64,000 bases of DNA from an uncultured delta proteobacterium (lineage in GTDB: Bacteria; Myxococcota; Myxococcia; Myxococcales; Anaeromyxobacteraceae). Below are positions 24,472 to 38,316 of the stretch, piece after piece. The position numbers and the translations under genes are program-made. Position 1 is the first letter of the stretch; every line of letters begins with the position of its first letter. Where the stretch lies: NCBI GenBank assembly GCA_963814585.1, contig CAWFDF010000009.1, positions 273,624 to 337,623 of the forward strand. The letters are read 5' to 3'. The notes under the pieces are model-generated. The model saw only the letters and a program-made list of their open reading frames with translations. It was not told where the DNA came from and ran no database searches.

Positions 24472-25581
24472 GTGCGGATCGGCTCGCTGCAGCTCCAGGA
24501 CTTCCGCAACCTCGCCGAGGTCTCGCTGCAGCCGTCGCCGCGGCTCACCGTGCTGCTCGGGCCGAACGGGCAGGGGAAGACCAACCTGCTCGAGGCGGTC
24601 TACCTGCTCACCACGCTGCGGCCGCTGCGGGCCACCCGGCTCGCCGAGCTGATCCGCTTCGGCCGGCCGCGGGCCTCGATCGGCGCCAGCGTCTGGCGCG
24701 GCACGGTGGAGCGTCGGCTCTCGGTGGAGGTGCTGCCCGGGCAGCGCCACGCCCAGCTCGACGGCAAGCCCCTGGACCGGCTCGACGACTACCTCGACGG
24801 CCTGGCCGCGGTCTGCTTCTCGCCGGACGACCTGCAGCTGGTGAAGGCCGGGCCGGACGGGCGGCGGCGCTTCCTCGACCGGGCCGCCTTCAACCGCTGG
24901 CCGGCGGTGCTCGGCGAGGCCCGGGAGTACGTCCGGGCCCTCCGGGAGCGGAACGCCGCCCTGCGCGCCGGCGCCACCGACGTCGAGCAGAGCTTCCGGG
25001 GGCCGATGATCCGGGCCGGGGCGCGGGTGCTGCGCCGGCGCCGCGACATCGTCGAGGAGCTCACCCCGCGGCTGGGGCGCGCCTTCGCCGAGATCTCCGG
25101 CCCGGGCGCCCCGGTGGCCCACCTCTCGTACCGGCCCAGCGGCGGGCTCTCCACCGCCGGGACCGAGGCCGAGCTGGCCGCCCGCCTCGCCGAGCTGCTG
25201 GAGGCCCGGCTCGCCCGCGACCTGCTCCGCGGCTACTCGACCTGCGGCCCGCACATGGACGACCTGCTCTTCGGCCTGGGCGGCCGCGCCGCGCGCGTCT
25301 ACGGCAGCCAGGGGCAGCAGCGGGCCTTCGCGCTGGCCCTGCGCATCGCCGAGGTGGAGAACCTGCGGGCCGTGCAGCAGGAGGCCCCGCTCCTGCTCCT
25401 CGACGACGTCTCCAGCGAGCTCGACCCGGAGAAGAACGGGTTCCTGCTCGACTACGTGGCGGCGCTGCCGGCGCAGGCCTTCCTGACCTCGACCGACCGG
25501 CGGCTGATCGAGCCGCTGGCGGGCCCGGAGACGCTCTTCTTCGCGGTCTCGGCGGGGGCGGTCTCGCCGCTCGGTTCGTGA
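24472..25581 (+). CDS. recF: DNA replication/repair protein RecF
   Basis: FRNL, GPNGQGKTNLLEA, GSQGQQR, LLLDDVSSELD. Confidence 0.97.
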   Translation: MRIGSLQLQDFRNLAEVSLQPSPRLTVLLGPNGQGKTNLLEAVYLLTTLRPLRATRLAELIRFGRPRASIGASVWRGTVERRLSVEVLPGQRHAQLDGKPLDRLDDYLDGLAAVCFSPDDLQLVKAGPDGRRRFLDRAAFNRWPAVLGEAREYVRALRERNAALRAGATDVEQSFRGPMIRAGARVLRRRRDIVEELTPRLGRAFAEISGPGAPVAHLSYRPSGGLSTAGTEAELAARLAELLEARLARDLLRGYSTCGPHMDDLLFGLGGRAARVYGSQGQQRAFALALRIAEVENLRAVQQEAPLLLLDDVSSELDPEKNGFLLDYVAALPAQAFLTSTDRRLIEPLAGPETLFFAVSAGAVSPLGS

Positions 25582-25741
25582 CGGCGCCACCCGCCCGGCC
25601 GGCGCCTGGCGCGAGGCGCGCCGGGGGCCGGCGAGGGCCCCGGGAACCCGGGTTCCCGGTTGCTGGCGGCACCCGGCTCTGGTATACCGACCGGTGGTCT
25701 AAGTTGGCAGAACCGCTCAGAGAAATCCGCGAGGCCTCACC

Positions 25742-28202
<2,461 letters not shown>

Positions 28203-28228
28203 CCGCCGCCGCTGGACTGGAGCCACCC

Positions 28229-29224
28229 ATGCCCCGCACCGTCATCGCCGCACTCGGAACCTGCGTCCCCGACCGCGTCGTCACCAACGACGAGCTGAGC
28301 CGCCGCATGGACACCTCCGACGCCTGGATCCGCGAGCGCACCGGCATCGAGGAGCGGCGCTGGGTGGGTGAGGAGACCGGCAACTCGGACCTGGCGCTGG
28401 CCGCCACGCAGAAGGCGCTCGACCAGGCCGGCTGGAAGGCCACCGACGTCGAGGCCATCATCTACGCCTCGCTGTCGCCGGACTTCATGTTCCCCGGCGA
28501 CGGCTGCTACCTCAACGCCAAGCTGGGCATCCCCGGCGTGCCGGCGCTCGACATCCGCAACCAGTGCTCCGGCTTCGTCTACGGCCTCTCGGTGGCCGAC
28601 GCCTGGATCCGCACCGGCACCTACCGGCGCGTCCTGCTGGTGGGCTCGGAGGTCCACTCCACCGGCCTCGACGTCACCACCCGCGGACGCGACGTCTCGG
28701 TGATCTTCGGCGACGGGGCCGGCGCGGCGCTGCTGGAGGCCACCGACGACCCCGGCCGCGGGGTGCTCTCCTGCGAGCTGCACGCCGACGGCCGCTTCGC
28801 CAAGGAGCTCTCGACCGACGCGCCGGGCTCGCGCTACCACCCGCGCCTCCAGCCGCGCATGCTGGAGGACGGCTCGATCTACCCGCACATGGAGGGGCAG
28901 AAGGTCTTCAAGCACGCCATCTCCAAGATGCCGGAGGTGGTGCGCTCGGTGCTCGACAAGAACGGCCTGAAGCCCGGCGACCTCAAGCTGCTCATCCCGC
29001 ACCAGGCCAACCTGCGCATCAGCCAGATGGTGCAGCGCTCGCTGGAGCTGCGCGACGACCAGGTCTTCAACAACATCATGAAGTACGGCAACACCACGGC
29101 GGCCTCGATCCCGATCTGCCTCGCCGAGGCGGTGACGGCCCGCGGGGTGAAGCGCGGAGACCTGGTCGCCCTGGCGGCCTTCGGCGCCGGGTTCACCTGG
29201 GGCGCGGCGCTGCTGCGCTGGTGA
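28229..29224 (+). CDS. fabH: 3-oxoacyl-ACP synthase III family protein
   Basis: DTSDAWIRERTGIEERR, catalytic NQCSGF, PHQANLRI, YGNTTAAS, FGAGFTWG. Confidence 0.9.
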   Translation: MPRTVIAALGTCVPDRVVTNDELSRRMDTSDAWIRERTGIEERRWVGEETGNSDLALAATQKALDQAGWKATDVEAIIYASLSPDFMFPGDGCYLNAKLGIPGVPALDIRNQCSGFVYGLSVADAWIRTGTYRRVLLVGSEVHSTGLDVTTRGRDVSVIFGDGAGAALLEATDDPGRGVLSCELHADGRFAKELSTDAPGSRYHPRLQPRMLEDGSIYPHMEGQKVFKHAISKMPEVVRSVLDKNGLKPGDLKLLIPHQANLRISQMVQRSLELRDDQVFNNIMKYGNTTAASIPICLAEAVTARGVKRGDLVALAAFGAGFTWGAALLRW

Positions 29225-29266
29225 CACCGGGGACCGGCCGGGGCGGGCGGCGGGCGAGACCATCCT

Positions 29267-29337
29267 TGAGGCGTCGTCCAACGGCAGGACTGCGGACTTT
29301 GGATCCGCGTATGAAGGTTCGAATCCTTCCGCCTCAG
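29267..29337 (+). tRNA. tRNA-Gln(TTG)
   Basis: Acceptor TGAGGCG/CGCCTCA, anticodon arm GCGGA-CTTTGGA-TCCGC, T-loop GGTTCGAATCC; no CCA directly after the discriminator. Confidence 0.95.
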
Positions 29338-29401
29338 CACCACCCCCGCGCCGAAGGGGCGCGAGCGGCATGACCGGCCTGCGGCGGCGCTCGGGGGCCC
29401 G

Positions 29402-30241
29402 GTGATCCGGCTCTGCCAGCGCCCCGGCGCCTCCTGCGGGGCCTGCTGCGGGCTCTACAACACCCGCGACCACGGGCGAGAGGCGGTGCGCGCGGAGCTC
29501 ACCCGGCGCACCCGGGCGCTGGCCCGGGTGGAGCGGACGCTGCCGGCCTTCCGCGAGGCGGCGGCGCGGCTGGCCGCGGGCGGGCCCGAGCCGCTCTTCC
29601 CCCTGGTGCGGGTCTGCCCGCTGCTCGGCTTCCTCGACGAGGCCGGGACCCGCGTCGGCTGCCTGGCCCACCCGCTCGTCACCGGCGGCCCGGACCTGCG
29701 CGACGCCGGCGTCTACGACGTCACCACCTGCGAGTCGTTCCTCTGCCCGAGCCACGCCTGGCTCGCCGAGGAGGAGGCCGGGCTGGCCGAGCTGGCCAGC
29801 GGCGACTTCCACCTCTACGGGCTGGTGGTGACCGACGTGCCGTTCCTGCGCGCGGCGCTGGGCGCGGTGGCGGCGCTGGCCGGGGCGCGGGTGGAGCGGC
29901 GCCACCTGGATCGCCCGGCCTTCCGCGCGGCGCTGACGGGCCTGCTGGCGCTCAAGGAGGAGCTGGCGCCGGGCTCGGAGGGGCTCTTCGGGGCCTTCCG
30001 GCCCGGGCGCGACGGCGAGCCGGTGCCGCGCACCATCGACTACCAGGCCATCGACCGGGAGCGCTCCCCGTACGACGAGCTCCTCACCTGCGTGGGGGCC
30101 GACCCGCGCAGCGGCAACGATCTCGACCTGCTGGAGGACGAGGTGCGCCGCCGGCTCGACGCCTGCGCAGCGGCCTTCGCGACCCCACCGGCCCGGCCCG
30201 GGGCTCGGGCCAGGCGGCGCGGCGCACCCCGGGTCCCCTGA
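29402..30241 (+). CDS. Cys-rich hypothetical protein (YkgJ-like metal-binding pattern)
   Basis: CQRPGASCGACCGLYN, CPLLGFL, GCLAHP, TCESFLCPSH. Confidence 0.7.
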   Translation: MIRLCQRPGASCGACCGLYNTRDHGREAVRAELTRRTRALARVERTLPAFREAAARLAAGGPEPLFPLVRVCPLLGFLDEAGTRVGCLAHPLVTGGPDLRDAGVYDVTTCESFLCPSHAWLAEEEAGLAELASGDFHLYGLVVTDVPFLRAALGAVAALAGARVERRHLDRPAFRAALTGLLALKEELAPGSEGLFGAFRPGRDGEPVPRTIDYQAIDRERSPYDELLTCVGADPRSGNDLDLLEDEVRRRLDACAAAFATPPARPGARARRRGAPRVP

Positions 30242-30291
30242 CCAGCTCCTCCATGGGCCCGACCCTCGCCCTGCACGGAGCGGCGGGTCCT

Positions 30292-31059
30292 CTACCAGAG
30301 CGCCACCTCCAGGCCGGCGCCGACGAAGTGGGTCAGCGAGAAGTTGTAGACGTTGGGGCTGTCCGAGCCGCCCTCGACGACGCGGTAGCCGAGCCGGACC
30401 GCCAGGTCGGGACGGAGCTGGCGGCGCAGCGCCAGCTGGACGTCCTCGGCCCGGCCGAAGCCGCTGGCCAGGGCGTCGCCGTCGAGCAGCAGGCTCCAGT
30501 CCCCGGAGAAGCGCCAGCGGAAGCTGAAGGAGAGGAGCGGGACCAGGCCGACGTTGAGCCGCTCCTCGAACAGCCCGCCGCCCTGCAGGGTGATGCCGGC
30601 GTCGCGGACCAGGGCGGTGAGCCCCACCGTGGCCTCCAGCGCCTCCGAGCTCCACCAGGTGTAGCGGTAGGTGAGCCGCCAGGTGTCGAAGCGGTACTGG
30701 CCGGTCACGAAGGCATCGGCCGGGAAGGTCGAGCCGTTGAAGTCGACGGGGGCCGTCAGGGTGCCGCGGGCCTGCAGCAGCAGCGGCACCGCCGCCAGGT
30801 AGACGGTGTGCCGCCCGGCGAAGGTGGCGCCGAGCTTGAGCCGGAAGTACGGGGCCGAGGCGGTGGTGATGGGGCCCGAGTTGAGCGAGAAGAGGGTCCC
30901 GGTGTCGCCGGGGATGCGCACGTCGTTGTAGCCGGGGATGGCCCAGCCGGCCTCCACGTCGGCGAAGGGGCGGACCTCGGCGGCGGCGGCCGCGGGGAGC
31001 AGCAGGCCGAGCGTGAGCGCCAGGGCGAAGGGGCGGGCGAAGGGGCGGGCGAAGTTCAT
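30292..31059 (-). CDS. Secreted outer-membrane beta-barrel-like protein
   Basis: Signal peptide ending AAAA-EV, alternating aromatic strands, C-terminal GAGLEVALW. Confidence 0.7.
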   Translation of the reverse strand: MNFARPFARPFALALTLGLLLPAAAAAEVRPFADVEAGWAIPGYNDVRIPGDTGTLFSLNSGPITTASAPYFRLKLGATFAGRHTVYLAAVPLLLQARGTLTAPVDFNGSTFPADAFVTGQYRFDTWRLTYRYTWWSSEALEATVGLTALVRDAGITLQGGGLFEERLNVGLVPLLSFSFRWRFSGDWSLLLDGDALASGFGRAEDVQLALRRQLRPDLAVRLGYRVVEGGSDSPNVYNFSLTHFVGAGLEVALW

Positions 31060-31095
31060 GGGTCGGGGCACTGGTCTCCGTTCGGTGTGCGGACA

Positions 31096-33073
31096 TCACC
31101 CGGCGACCGGGGCGTCGCGCCTCGGCAGCCCGAGCGCCACGATCTCGGCGATGTCCATGGCCTTCATGGTCTCCTCGCGGCTGGTCTCGTTGATGCCGTC
31201 CTTCACCATGGTGAGGCAGAAGGGGCAGCCGGTCGCCACCACGCCTCCGCCGGCGCCGAGCGTCTCGGCCGCCTCGTTCACCCGGTTCTGGTTGATGCGG
31301 GTGCCGAGGTGCTCCTCCAGCCACATGCGGCCGCCCCCGGCGCCGCAGCAGAAACCCTGCCGGCCGTTGCGAGGCATCTCCACCGGCGTGACCCCGGCGG
31401 CCGCCAGCGCGGCGCGCGGCGCGTCGATCACGCCGTTCCAGCGGGCCAGGTAGCAGGGGTCGTGGTAGGTGACCGCGGTGCCGGCCAGCCCCTCGGCCTT
31501 GCCGGGCGTGAGCCGGCCCTCGGCCACCAGCCTGGCGATCAGCTCGGCGTGGTGGACCACCTGGTAGTGGCCGCCGAAGTCGGGCAGCTCGTTCTTGATG
31601 GTGTTGAGGCAGTGCGGGCACTGCACCAGGATCTTCTTCACCCCGTGGCCGTTGAGCGTCCCGGTGAGCGCGGTGGCCTGCATCTGGAAGAGGTACTCGT
31701 TGCCGAGGCGCCGGGCGGCGTCGCCGGTGCAGGTCTCCTCCTCGCCGAGGATGGCGAAGGTCACCCCGGCCTGGCGCAGGATCTGGACGATGGCGCGCGA
31801 GACCTTCTTCTGCCGGTCGTCGAAGGCGCCGGCGCAGCCGACGAAGAAGAGGTACTCGTACTCGCCGCCGTCGGCGGCCCGCGGGATGGCCAGGTCCTCG
31901 CACCACTCGGCCCGCTTGTTGGAGCCGATGCCCCAGGGGTTCCCCTGGGTCTCGATCCCCTTGAAGATGCGGGCGGCCTCGTCGGGGAACACCGAGTCGA
32001 CCTGCACCGCCTGGCGGCGGATGTCGATGAGGCGGGGGATGTTCTCGATGAGGACCGGGCAGGCGGTCTCGCACCAGCCGCAGGTGGTGCAGGCCCAGGC
32101 GGTGTCGGGCGCCACCACCTCGGTGATGCGGCGGCAGCCTCGCGGCGATGGCCTCGCGCGCGGCAGGGTCGGTGGCGGCGGCCAGCTCGACGAGCGTGGG
32201 GCCGACCTGGCCGAGGTGCTTGCGGATGGCCTTGTTGACCTCCTTGTGGCTGAGCGGCTTGCCGGTGACGTGGGTGGGGCAGTGGGTCTGGCAGCGGCCG
32301 CACTCGGTGCAGCTGTAGACGTCCCAGCCCTCCTTCCAGGAGAGGTCCTTCACCGTGGCGGTGCCGAAGCGGGCCCCCTCCGACTCGAGGTCGAGCTTGG
32401 CGAGCCTGGCCTCCGGCGGAAGCCGGCGGAAGAAGACGTTGGGCAGCGCGGTGATGACGTGGAAGTGCTTCCCGATGGGCAGGAAGTTGAGGAAGAGCAG
32501 GATGACCACGAGGTGGAGCCAGAAGCTGGCCTGCTCGACCACCGCGGTGGCGCCCGGGGAGAGCCCGAGCCAGCCGGGGTGCTCGTAGAGGATCTCGGTC
32601 GCCATCAGGATGATGATGAAGCCGACCACCAGCGTGCCCTCCCAGGAGGCGGTCACGCGCGCGGGCTTCGTCACCAGCCGTCGCCAGAGGAACCCGAGCG
32701 CGGCCAGCAGCGCCGCCCAGACCACCACGTCCTTGACGGCGTCGTAGAGGGGTCCCAGCGTCGAGCCGGGGCCGAGCAGCGGCAGGTGGAAGTCGGTGGA
32801 GAAGCCGACGCCGAAGAGGGTGATGGTCCGGAGCGCCAGCACCAGGAAGGCGGCGAAGAGGACCACGTGCAGCAGTCCGGCGACCCGCTCCTCCGGGTCG
32901 ACCAGCCGCTTCTGGCCGAAGCCGAAGCGGAGCAGGCCGCTGACGCGCTCGGCGGAGCGATCGCGCCGATCCTCGCGCCGGAGCGCGAGGAGGGGGCGAA
33001 GCCGGGCGAGCGCCGACCAGGTGAAGAGCCCGAGCCCGGCGAGGAGGAGGGCCGCCGTGAGGAGAGGGTTCAT
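31096..33073 (-). CDS. Membrane-anchored Fe-S oxidoreductase (FadF/HdrD-like: TM domain, two 4Fe-4S motifs, CCG domains), one frameshift near 32128
   Basis: CTECGRCQTHCP and CTTCGWCETACP in adjacent frames; FVGC, ETCTGD, YHDPCYLAR, FCCGAGGG, TGCPFC. Confidence 0.88.
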
Positions 33074-33170
33074 GGGCCGGACGCTAGCACGACGCGTCGA
33101 GGCATTGACTCCAGAATCGAGGCGCCGGGCCGGGGGAAGGCAGGGCGAATCGTCGCGGCTGCCCTACCGG

Positions 33171-34400
33171 TCAGTCCTTCGACTTGTCGCCCTTCGGCGG
33201 CTCGGCCTTGGGCTTGTCGGCCTTGGGCTTGTCCTTGCTTCCGTGGTCGTCACCCTTGGACGGCGGAGGGGTGCCGCGCGGCGGGGCGGCCTTGGGAGGA
33301 GGCGACTGGGAGGGCGGCGCACCGCGTGGCGGGGCGGCCTGTGGCGGAGGGGTCTTGGGTGGCGGGCCGGCGCGGGGCGGCTCGGCCTTGGGGGGAGGCG
33401 CATGGGACGGAGGCGCGCCACGCGGCTGCTCGACCTTGGGCGGAGGGGGCTGGGATGGCGGCGCGGCATGCGGGGGCGCTCCACGCGGCGGCGCAGCGGG
33501 CGGTGGCACGTAGGCAGGTGGCGGCGCGGCGGGCGGCGGGCTGGTGTGGCCCGGCGGAGTCCCGCCCTGGCCGGGCGGCGTGTTGCCGTGGCCGGGGGCC
33601 TGGCCGGAGCGGCCGTTGTTGCCCTTGTCCTTGCTCCCCTTGTTGCCCTTGTCGCCCTTGTCGCGATTGTCCCGATCGTGGTCCCCGTCGTGCTGCGAGG
33701 GCGGCGGCTGAGTTCCGGGCGGACGAGCAGGCGGCGCGGGGTGCGTGCCACCCGGCGGGCGGGGCGGCGGCGCCGGGCGCGGGGGCGGCGGCGGGAGCGC
33801 CGGGCGAGGCTGGTACCACTCGATCGGCCGCGGCGGGGTCACCCGCGGCGGAGGCGGCGCGGCGCGAGACCAGTAGGTCGGCGGCGGCGGACGCGACGGG
33901 GCGTAGTGGCCGCCGTAGACGTAGCCGCGCCCGTGCTGCCAGCGCCAGTCCGGCCCGCGCGGCGGGTAGTAGTCGTGGTAGTGCGGGCCGCCAAGGAAGC
34001 ACCAGCCGCCACCGGGGAGCGGGTGTCCGGCGAAGAAGCTGAACTGGAAGGGGCCGCGGTAGTAGTAGTAGCCGCCGTCGACCACGAAGTGGTCCTCGCG
34101 GTCCGGGTAGTAGTCGTGGGTGTGCGGGCCGGAGAGGTAGCACCAGCCGCCGCCGAGCGCGTCGGGGATGAAGTGCTCGCCGTAGTACCAGACCTCGAGG
34201 GGAGGGGGCGGCTGGTAGACCGGCGGCGGTGGCTGGTAGGCGACCGGCGGCGACTCGGCCGGCGGCGGGCTCGAGGGCGGCGGCGACTCGTAGGTGGCCG
34301 GCGGCGGCGCGTACGGCGCCTGGGAGACCGGAGGGTGGTGGTGGACGACGCAGCCGGCGAGCAGCGAGAGCGGGAGCAGGGCCAGCAGGGGACGCATCAT
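33171..34400 (-). CDS. Proline-rich lipoprotein with a duplicated His/Cys motif
   Basis: Lipobox LLAGC, two GGGWCxLxGPHxHDYYP units 47 aa apart, long PPP-rich C-terminus. Confidence 0.8.
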   Translation of the reverse strand: MMRPLLALLPLSLLAGCVVHHHPPVSQAPYAPPPATYESPPPSSPPPAESPPVAYQPPPPVYQPPPPLEVWYYGEHFIPDALGGGWCYLSGPHTHDYYPDREDHFVVDGGYYYYRGPFQFSFFAGHPLPGGGWCFLGGPHYHDYYPPRGPDWRWQHGRGYVYGGHYAPSRPPPPTYWSRAAPPPPRVTPPRPIEWYQPRPALPPPPPRPAPPPRPPGGTHPAPPARPPGTQPPPSQHDGDHDRDNRDKGDKGNKGSKDKGNNGRSGQAPGHGNTPPGQGGTPPGHTSPPPAAPPPAYVPPPAAPPRGAPPHAAPPSQPPPPKVEQPRGAPPSHAPPPKAEPPRAGPPPKTPPPQAAPPRGAPPSQSPPPKAAPPRGTPPPSKGDDHGSKDKPKADKPKAEPPKGDKSKD

Positions 34401-34464
34401 GTGATCACTCCTCGAGGACGATTCCGACGCCTCGAGTTGACGACGAATCGCGCCCCGCGTCCAT

Positions 34465-35460
34465 TCAACGGCGCGATTTCCCGGCGCCGGTGTGGGTCGA
34501 GGTGCGAGCCGCGAAGGCCACGGCGTGGTCCACGTAGCGGCCGGCGATGTCGAGGCCGGTGGCCCGCTCCAGCGCCTCGAAGCCGGGCGAGCTGTTGACC
34601 TCCATGATCATCGGTCCGTCGCGGGCCTCCAGCAGGTCCACCCCGGCCACCTCCAGCCCCACCACCCGCGTGGCCCGCACCGCCGCCCGGGCGTACTCCC
34701 GCGGCAGGTCGAGCCGGGTCGCGGCGCCGCCGCGGTGGATGTTGGAGCGGAACTCGCCGGCCCGGGCGGTGCGCCGCATGGCGGCGACCACCTCCCCGCC
34801 GATCACCAGCGCCCGCACGTCGCGGCCACGCGACTCCTTGACCAGCTCCTGCAGCAGGATCTCCTGCCCCAGCGTCCAGAGGGTGTCGAGCAGGCCGGTC
34901 ACCTCGGCCATGGTGCTGGCGATCATCACGCCCACGCCCTGCGCGCCGCGCACCAGCTTGATGATGCAGGGGAGCCCGCCCACCAGCTCCACGGCCGCCG
35001 GCACCTCGTCGCGGTAGCGGCACAGGGCAGTGCGCGGGATGGCCAGCCCGGCGCTGGCGAGCAGCTGCAGCGCCCGCAGCTTGTCCCGCGAGCGGCCGAT
35101 GCCCACGGCGCCGTTGAGGACCGGCACGCCCATGAGGTCGAGCTGGTTCAGGACCGAGAGGCCGTAGCCGGTGATGGAGGCGCCGATGCGCGGCACCACC
35201 ACCCGCACCGAGGCCGGAGCCAGCTCGACGCCACGGTAGAAGAGGCGGGGCCGGTCGCGCTCCAGCAGCAGGTCGCAGCGGAGGGTGTCGAGCACCCGGG
35301 GCGAGAGCGCCCGGGCCCGGGCGGCCGCCAGCAGGCGCCGCGTCGAGTAGAGCCTGGGGTTGCGGGAGAGGATGATCAGCGCCGGCCGCGCCGCCGCGCC
35401 CCGGCCACGGCCCTGGATCCGCTCCGCCGGCCTCATCGCCCTCTTCGGTCTGCTCGCCAT
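34465..35460 (-). CDS. rimK: RimK-family ATP-grasp alpha-L-glutamate ligase
   Basis: [52 protein letters not shown]. Confidence 0.85.
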   Translation of the reverse strand: MASRPKRAMRPAERIQGRGRGAAARPALIILSRNPRLYSTRRLLAAARARALSPRVLDTLRCDLLLERDRPRLFYRGVELAPASVRVVVPRIGASITGYGLSVLNQLDLMGVPVLNGAVGIGRSRDKLRALQLLASAGLAIPRTALCRYRDEVPAAVELVGGLPCIIKLVRGAQGVGVMIASTMAEVTGLLDTLWTLGQEILLQELVKESRGRDVRALVIGGEVVAAMRRTARAGEFRSNIHRGGAATRLDLPREYARAAVRATRVVGLEVAGVDLLEARDGPMIMEVNSSPGFEALERATGLDIAGRYVDHAVAFAARTSTHTGAGKSRR

Positions 35461-35527
35461 CGGTGGAGGGGAGGGTAGCCGGAAGCCCCCCCTCCTGCTA
35501 GAACCGCTGTCCTTCCGAGGGCTCCAC

Positions 35528-38305
35528 GTGGACTACAAGGACACCATCCAGCTCCCCAGGACCGATTTCCCCATGAAGGCCAACCTGGCCGCGCGGGAGC
35601 CCGAGATCCAGCGCGCCTGGGAGGCCGAGGGGATCTACGAGCAGGTGCTGGCCAAGAACGCCGCGGGCCCGAGCCCGAGGAAGTTCGTGCTGCACGACGG
35701 GCCGCCCTACGCCAACGGCGACATCCACATCGGCCACGCCCTCAACAAGATCCTCAAGGACATCATCGTCAAGTACCGGAACCAGAACGGCGAGGTGCGC
35801 CGACTACGTGCCGGGCTGGGACTGCCACGGCCTGCCCATCGAGCTCAAGGTGGACAAGGAGCTGGGGTCGAAGCGGCGCGACATGGACCGCGCCGCCATC
35901 ATCGAGGCCTGCCGCGCCTACGCGGCCACCTGGATCGACAAGCAGCGGACCTCCTTCAAGCGGCTCGGCATCTTCGGCCGCTGGGCGACGCCCTACGCCA
36001 CCATGGACCGGCGCTACGAGGCCGACACGGTCCGGGCGCTGGCGCGCGCCGCCGAGCGCGGCTACCTGGTGCGCGGCAAGAAGCCGGTCTACTGGTGCAT
36101 CACCGACCGGACCGCGCTGGCCGAGGCCGAGGTGGAGTACGAGGAGCACACCTCGCCGTCGATCCACGTCGCCTTCGACCTCACCGCGCCGCTGCCGGAC
36201 CCGAAGCTGCGCGGCCGCGCCGCCCGGCTGGTGATCTGGACCACCACCCCGTGGACGCTCCCGGCCAACCTGGCCATCGCCGCCCGCGCCGACTACACCT
36301 ACGTGGCCTACGACCTGAAGGGCACGGTGGTGGTGGTGGCCCGGGACCTGCTGGGCGCCTTCCTGGCCGCCTGCGCGCCGGGCGAGCTGGACGGCGCCGC
36401 CCTGGCCCACCCGGAGCGGGTGCTGGCCGAGCTGGAGGGGAAGCAGCTGGAGGGGCTCACCTACCGCCACCCGTTCATGGGGCGCGAGTCGCCGGTGATC
36501 CTCGGCGAGCACGTCACGCTGGAGGCCGGCACCGGCCTGGTCCACACCGCCCCCGGCCACGGCGCCGAGGACTACATCGTCGGCCAGCACTACAAGCTGG
36601 CGGTGCTCAACCCGGTCGACGGGGCCGGCGTCTTCACCGAGGAGGCCGGGCCGTATGCCGGCCAGAAGATCTTCGAGGCCAACGCCGAGGATCGTGGCCG
36701 ACCTGGCCGCCTCGGGCCACCTGCTCTCCGACCCGAAGGCCTCGCTCAAGCACAGCTACCCGCACTGCTGGCGCTGCCACAGGCCGGTGGTCTTCCGCGC
36801 CACCGACCAGTGGTTCCTCCGGCTCGATCACGACGGCATGCGGCAGAGGACGCTGGCGGAGATCGACCGGGTCAACTGGATGCCGCACTGGGGACGCGAC
36901 CGCATCTACAACATGATCGAGAACCGGCCCGACTGGTGCCTGTCGCGCCAGCGGACCTGGGGCGTGCCCATCCCGGTCTTCTACTGCGAGCCCTGCGGCG
37001 AGCCGCTGGTCTCCCCGGCGCTGATGGACCGCGTGGCCGACGCCTTCGAGCAAGAGGGGATCGAGGCCTGGTACCGGCGCGATCCGGCCGAGTTCACGGC
37101 CGGGGCGGCCTGCGCGAAGTGCGGCGGCACAGCCTTCCGACGCGAGCAGGACATCCTCGACGTCTGGTGGGACTCGGGCGTCAGCTGGGCGGCGGTGGCG
37201 GAGCGCGATCCGAACCTGGGCGCCCCGGTCGACCTCTACCTGGAGGGCTCCGACCAGCACCGCGGCTGGTTCCACTCGGCGCTGCTCACCAGCGTGGCCA
37301 TCCGCGGCCACGCCCCGTACCGGGCGGTGCTCACCCACGGCTTCGTGCTCGACGAGCACGGCAAGCCCATGTCGAAGAGCGCCGGCAACGGGACCACCCC
37401 GGCGGAGATCATCGCGACCTACGGCGCCGACGTGCTCCGGCTCTGGGTGAGCGCCTCCGACTACCGGGACGACGTGGCGCTCTCGCCGCAGATCCTCACC
37501 GGAATGGCCGAGGGCTACCGCAAGATCCGCAACACCCTCCGCTACGCGCTGGGCGCCGTCGACGGCTTCGACGTGGCCCGCCACGCGGTGCCGGTGGCGG
37601 AGCTCCTGCCCATCGACCGCTGGGCCTACGACCGGCTGGTGGCCTGGCAGGAGAAGGTGCGGGCCGGCTACGAGGGCTACGAGTTCCACCACGCCTACCA
37701 CGCCACCGTGCAGCTCTGCGCCGTGGAGCTCTCCTCCCTCTACTTCGACATCGTCAAGGACCGGCTCTACACCGCCCGCGAAGGACGGGACGGCGCGCCG
37801 CAGCGCCCAGACCGTGCTCTGGCACGTGGCCCACGACCTCTGCACCTGGCTGGCGCCCATCCTCTCCTTCACCGCCAGCGAGGCGTGGGGGTACCTGCCG
37901 GGGGCGCCGGTTCCGTCGGTCTTCCTGGCGGGCCTGCCGAGGCGGGAGCGCGCCGCCGGCGCCGAGGCGCTCGAGGCCCGCTACGCCGCCCTCTTCGCGG
38001 TGCGCGAGGTGGTGCAGAAGGCGCTGGAGACCTCCCGGGCCGCCAAGCTGATCGGCAAGAGCACCGAGGCGGCGGTGACGGTGCACGCCGAGGGCGAGCA
38101 GCGGAGGCTGCTGGAGTCGGCGCTGGCCGAGCTGCCCGCCCTCTTCATCGTCAGCAAGGTGACGCTGGCGGACGGGCCGCTCTCCGCCGAGGTGGCGGCC
38201 GCGCCGGGCGTGAAGTGCCCGCGCTGCTGGGTCTTCGCCGAGGACACCGGGCGCAGCGCCGCCCACCCCGAGCTCTGCGGCAAGTGCGTCGAGGCCATCG
38301 GGTAG
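35528..38305 (+). CDS. ileS: Isoleucine--tRNA ligase, with three +1 frameshifts (near 35799, 36687, 37781; likely sequencing errors)
   Basis: [55 protein letters not shown] and C-terminal Zn finger CPRCW...LCGKC spread across four frames. Confidence 0.95.
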
Positions 38306-38316
38306 GAGGAGCCGGC

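Noticed and set aside
37360..37385. IleRS PMSKS instead of KMSKS as a resistance signature
   Set aside because: The first position of this motif varies in class I synthetases, the catalytic second Lys is intact and HIGH is canonical.
35528..38305. Programmed frameshifting or pseudogenisation of ileS and gyrB
   Set aside because: Essential genes with intact motifs, no slippery heptamers at the breaks, and similar indels elsewhere point to sequencing error.
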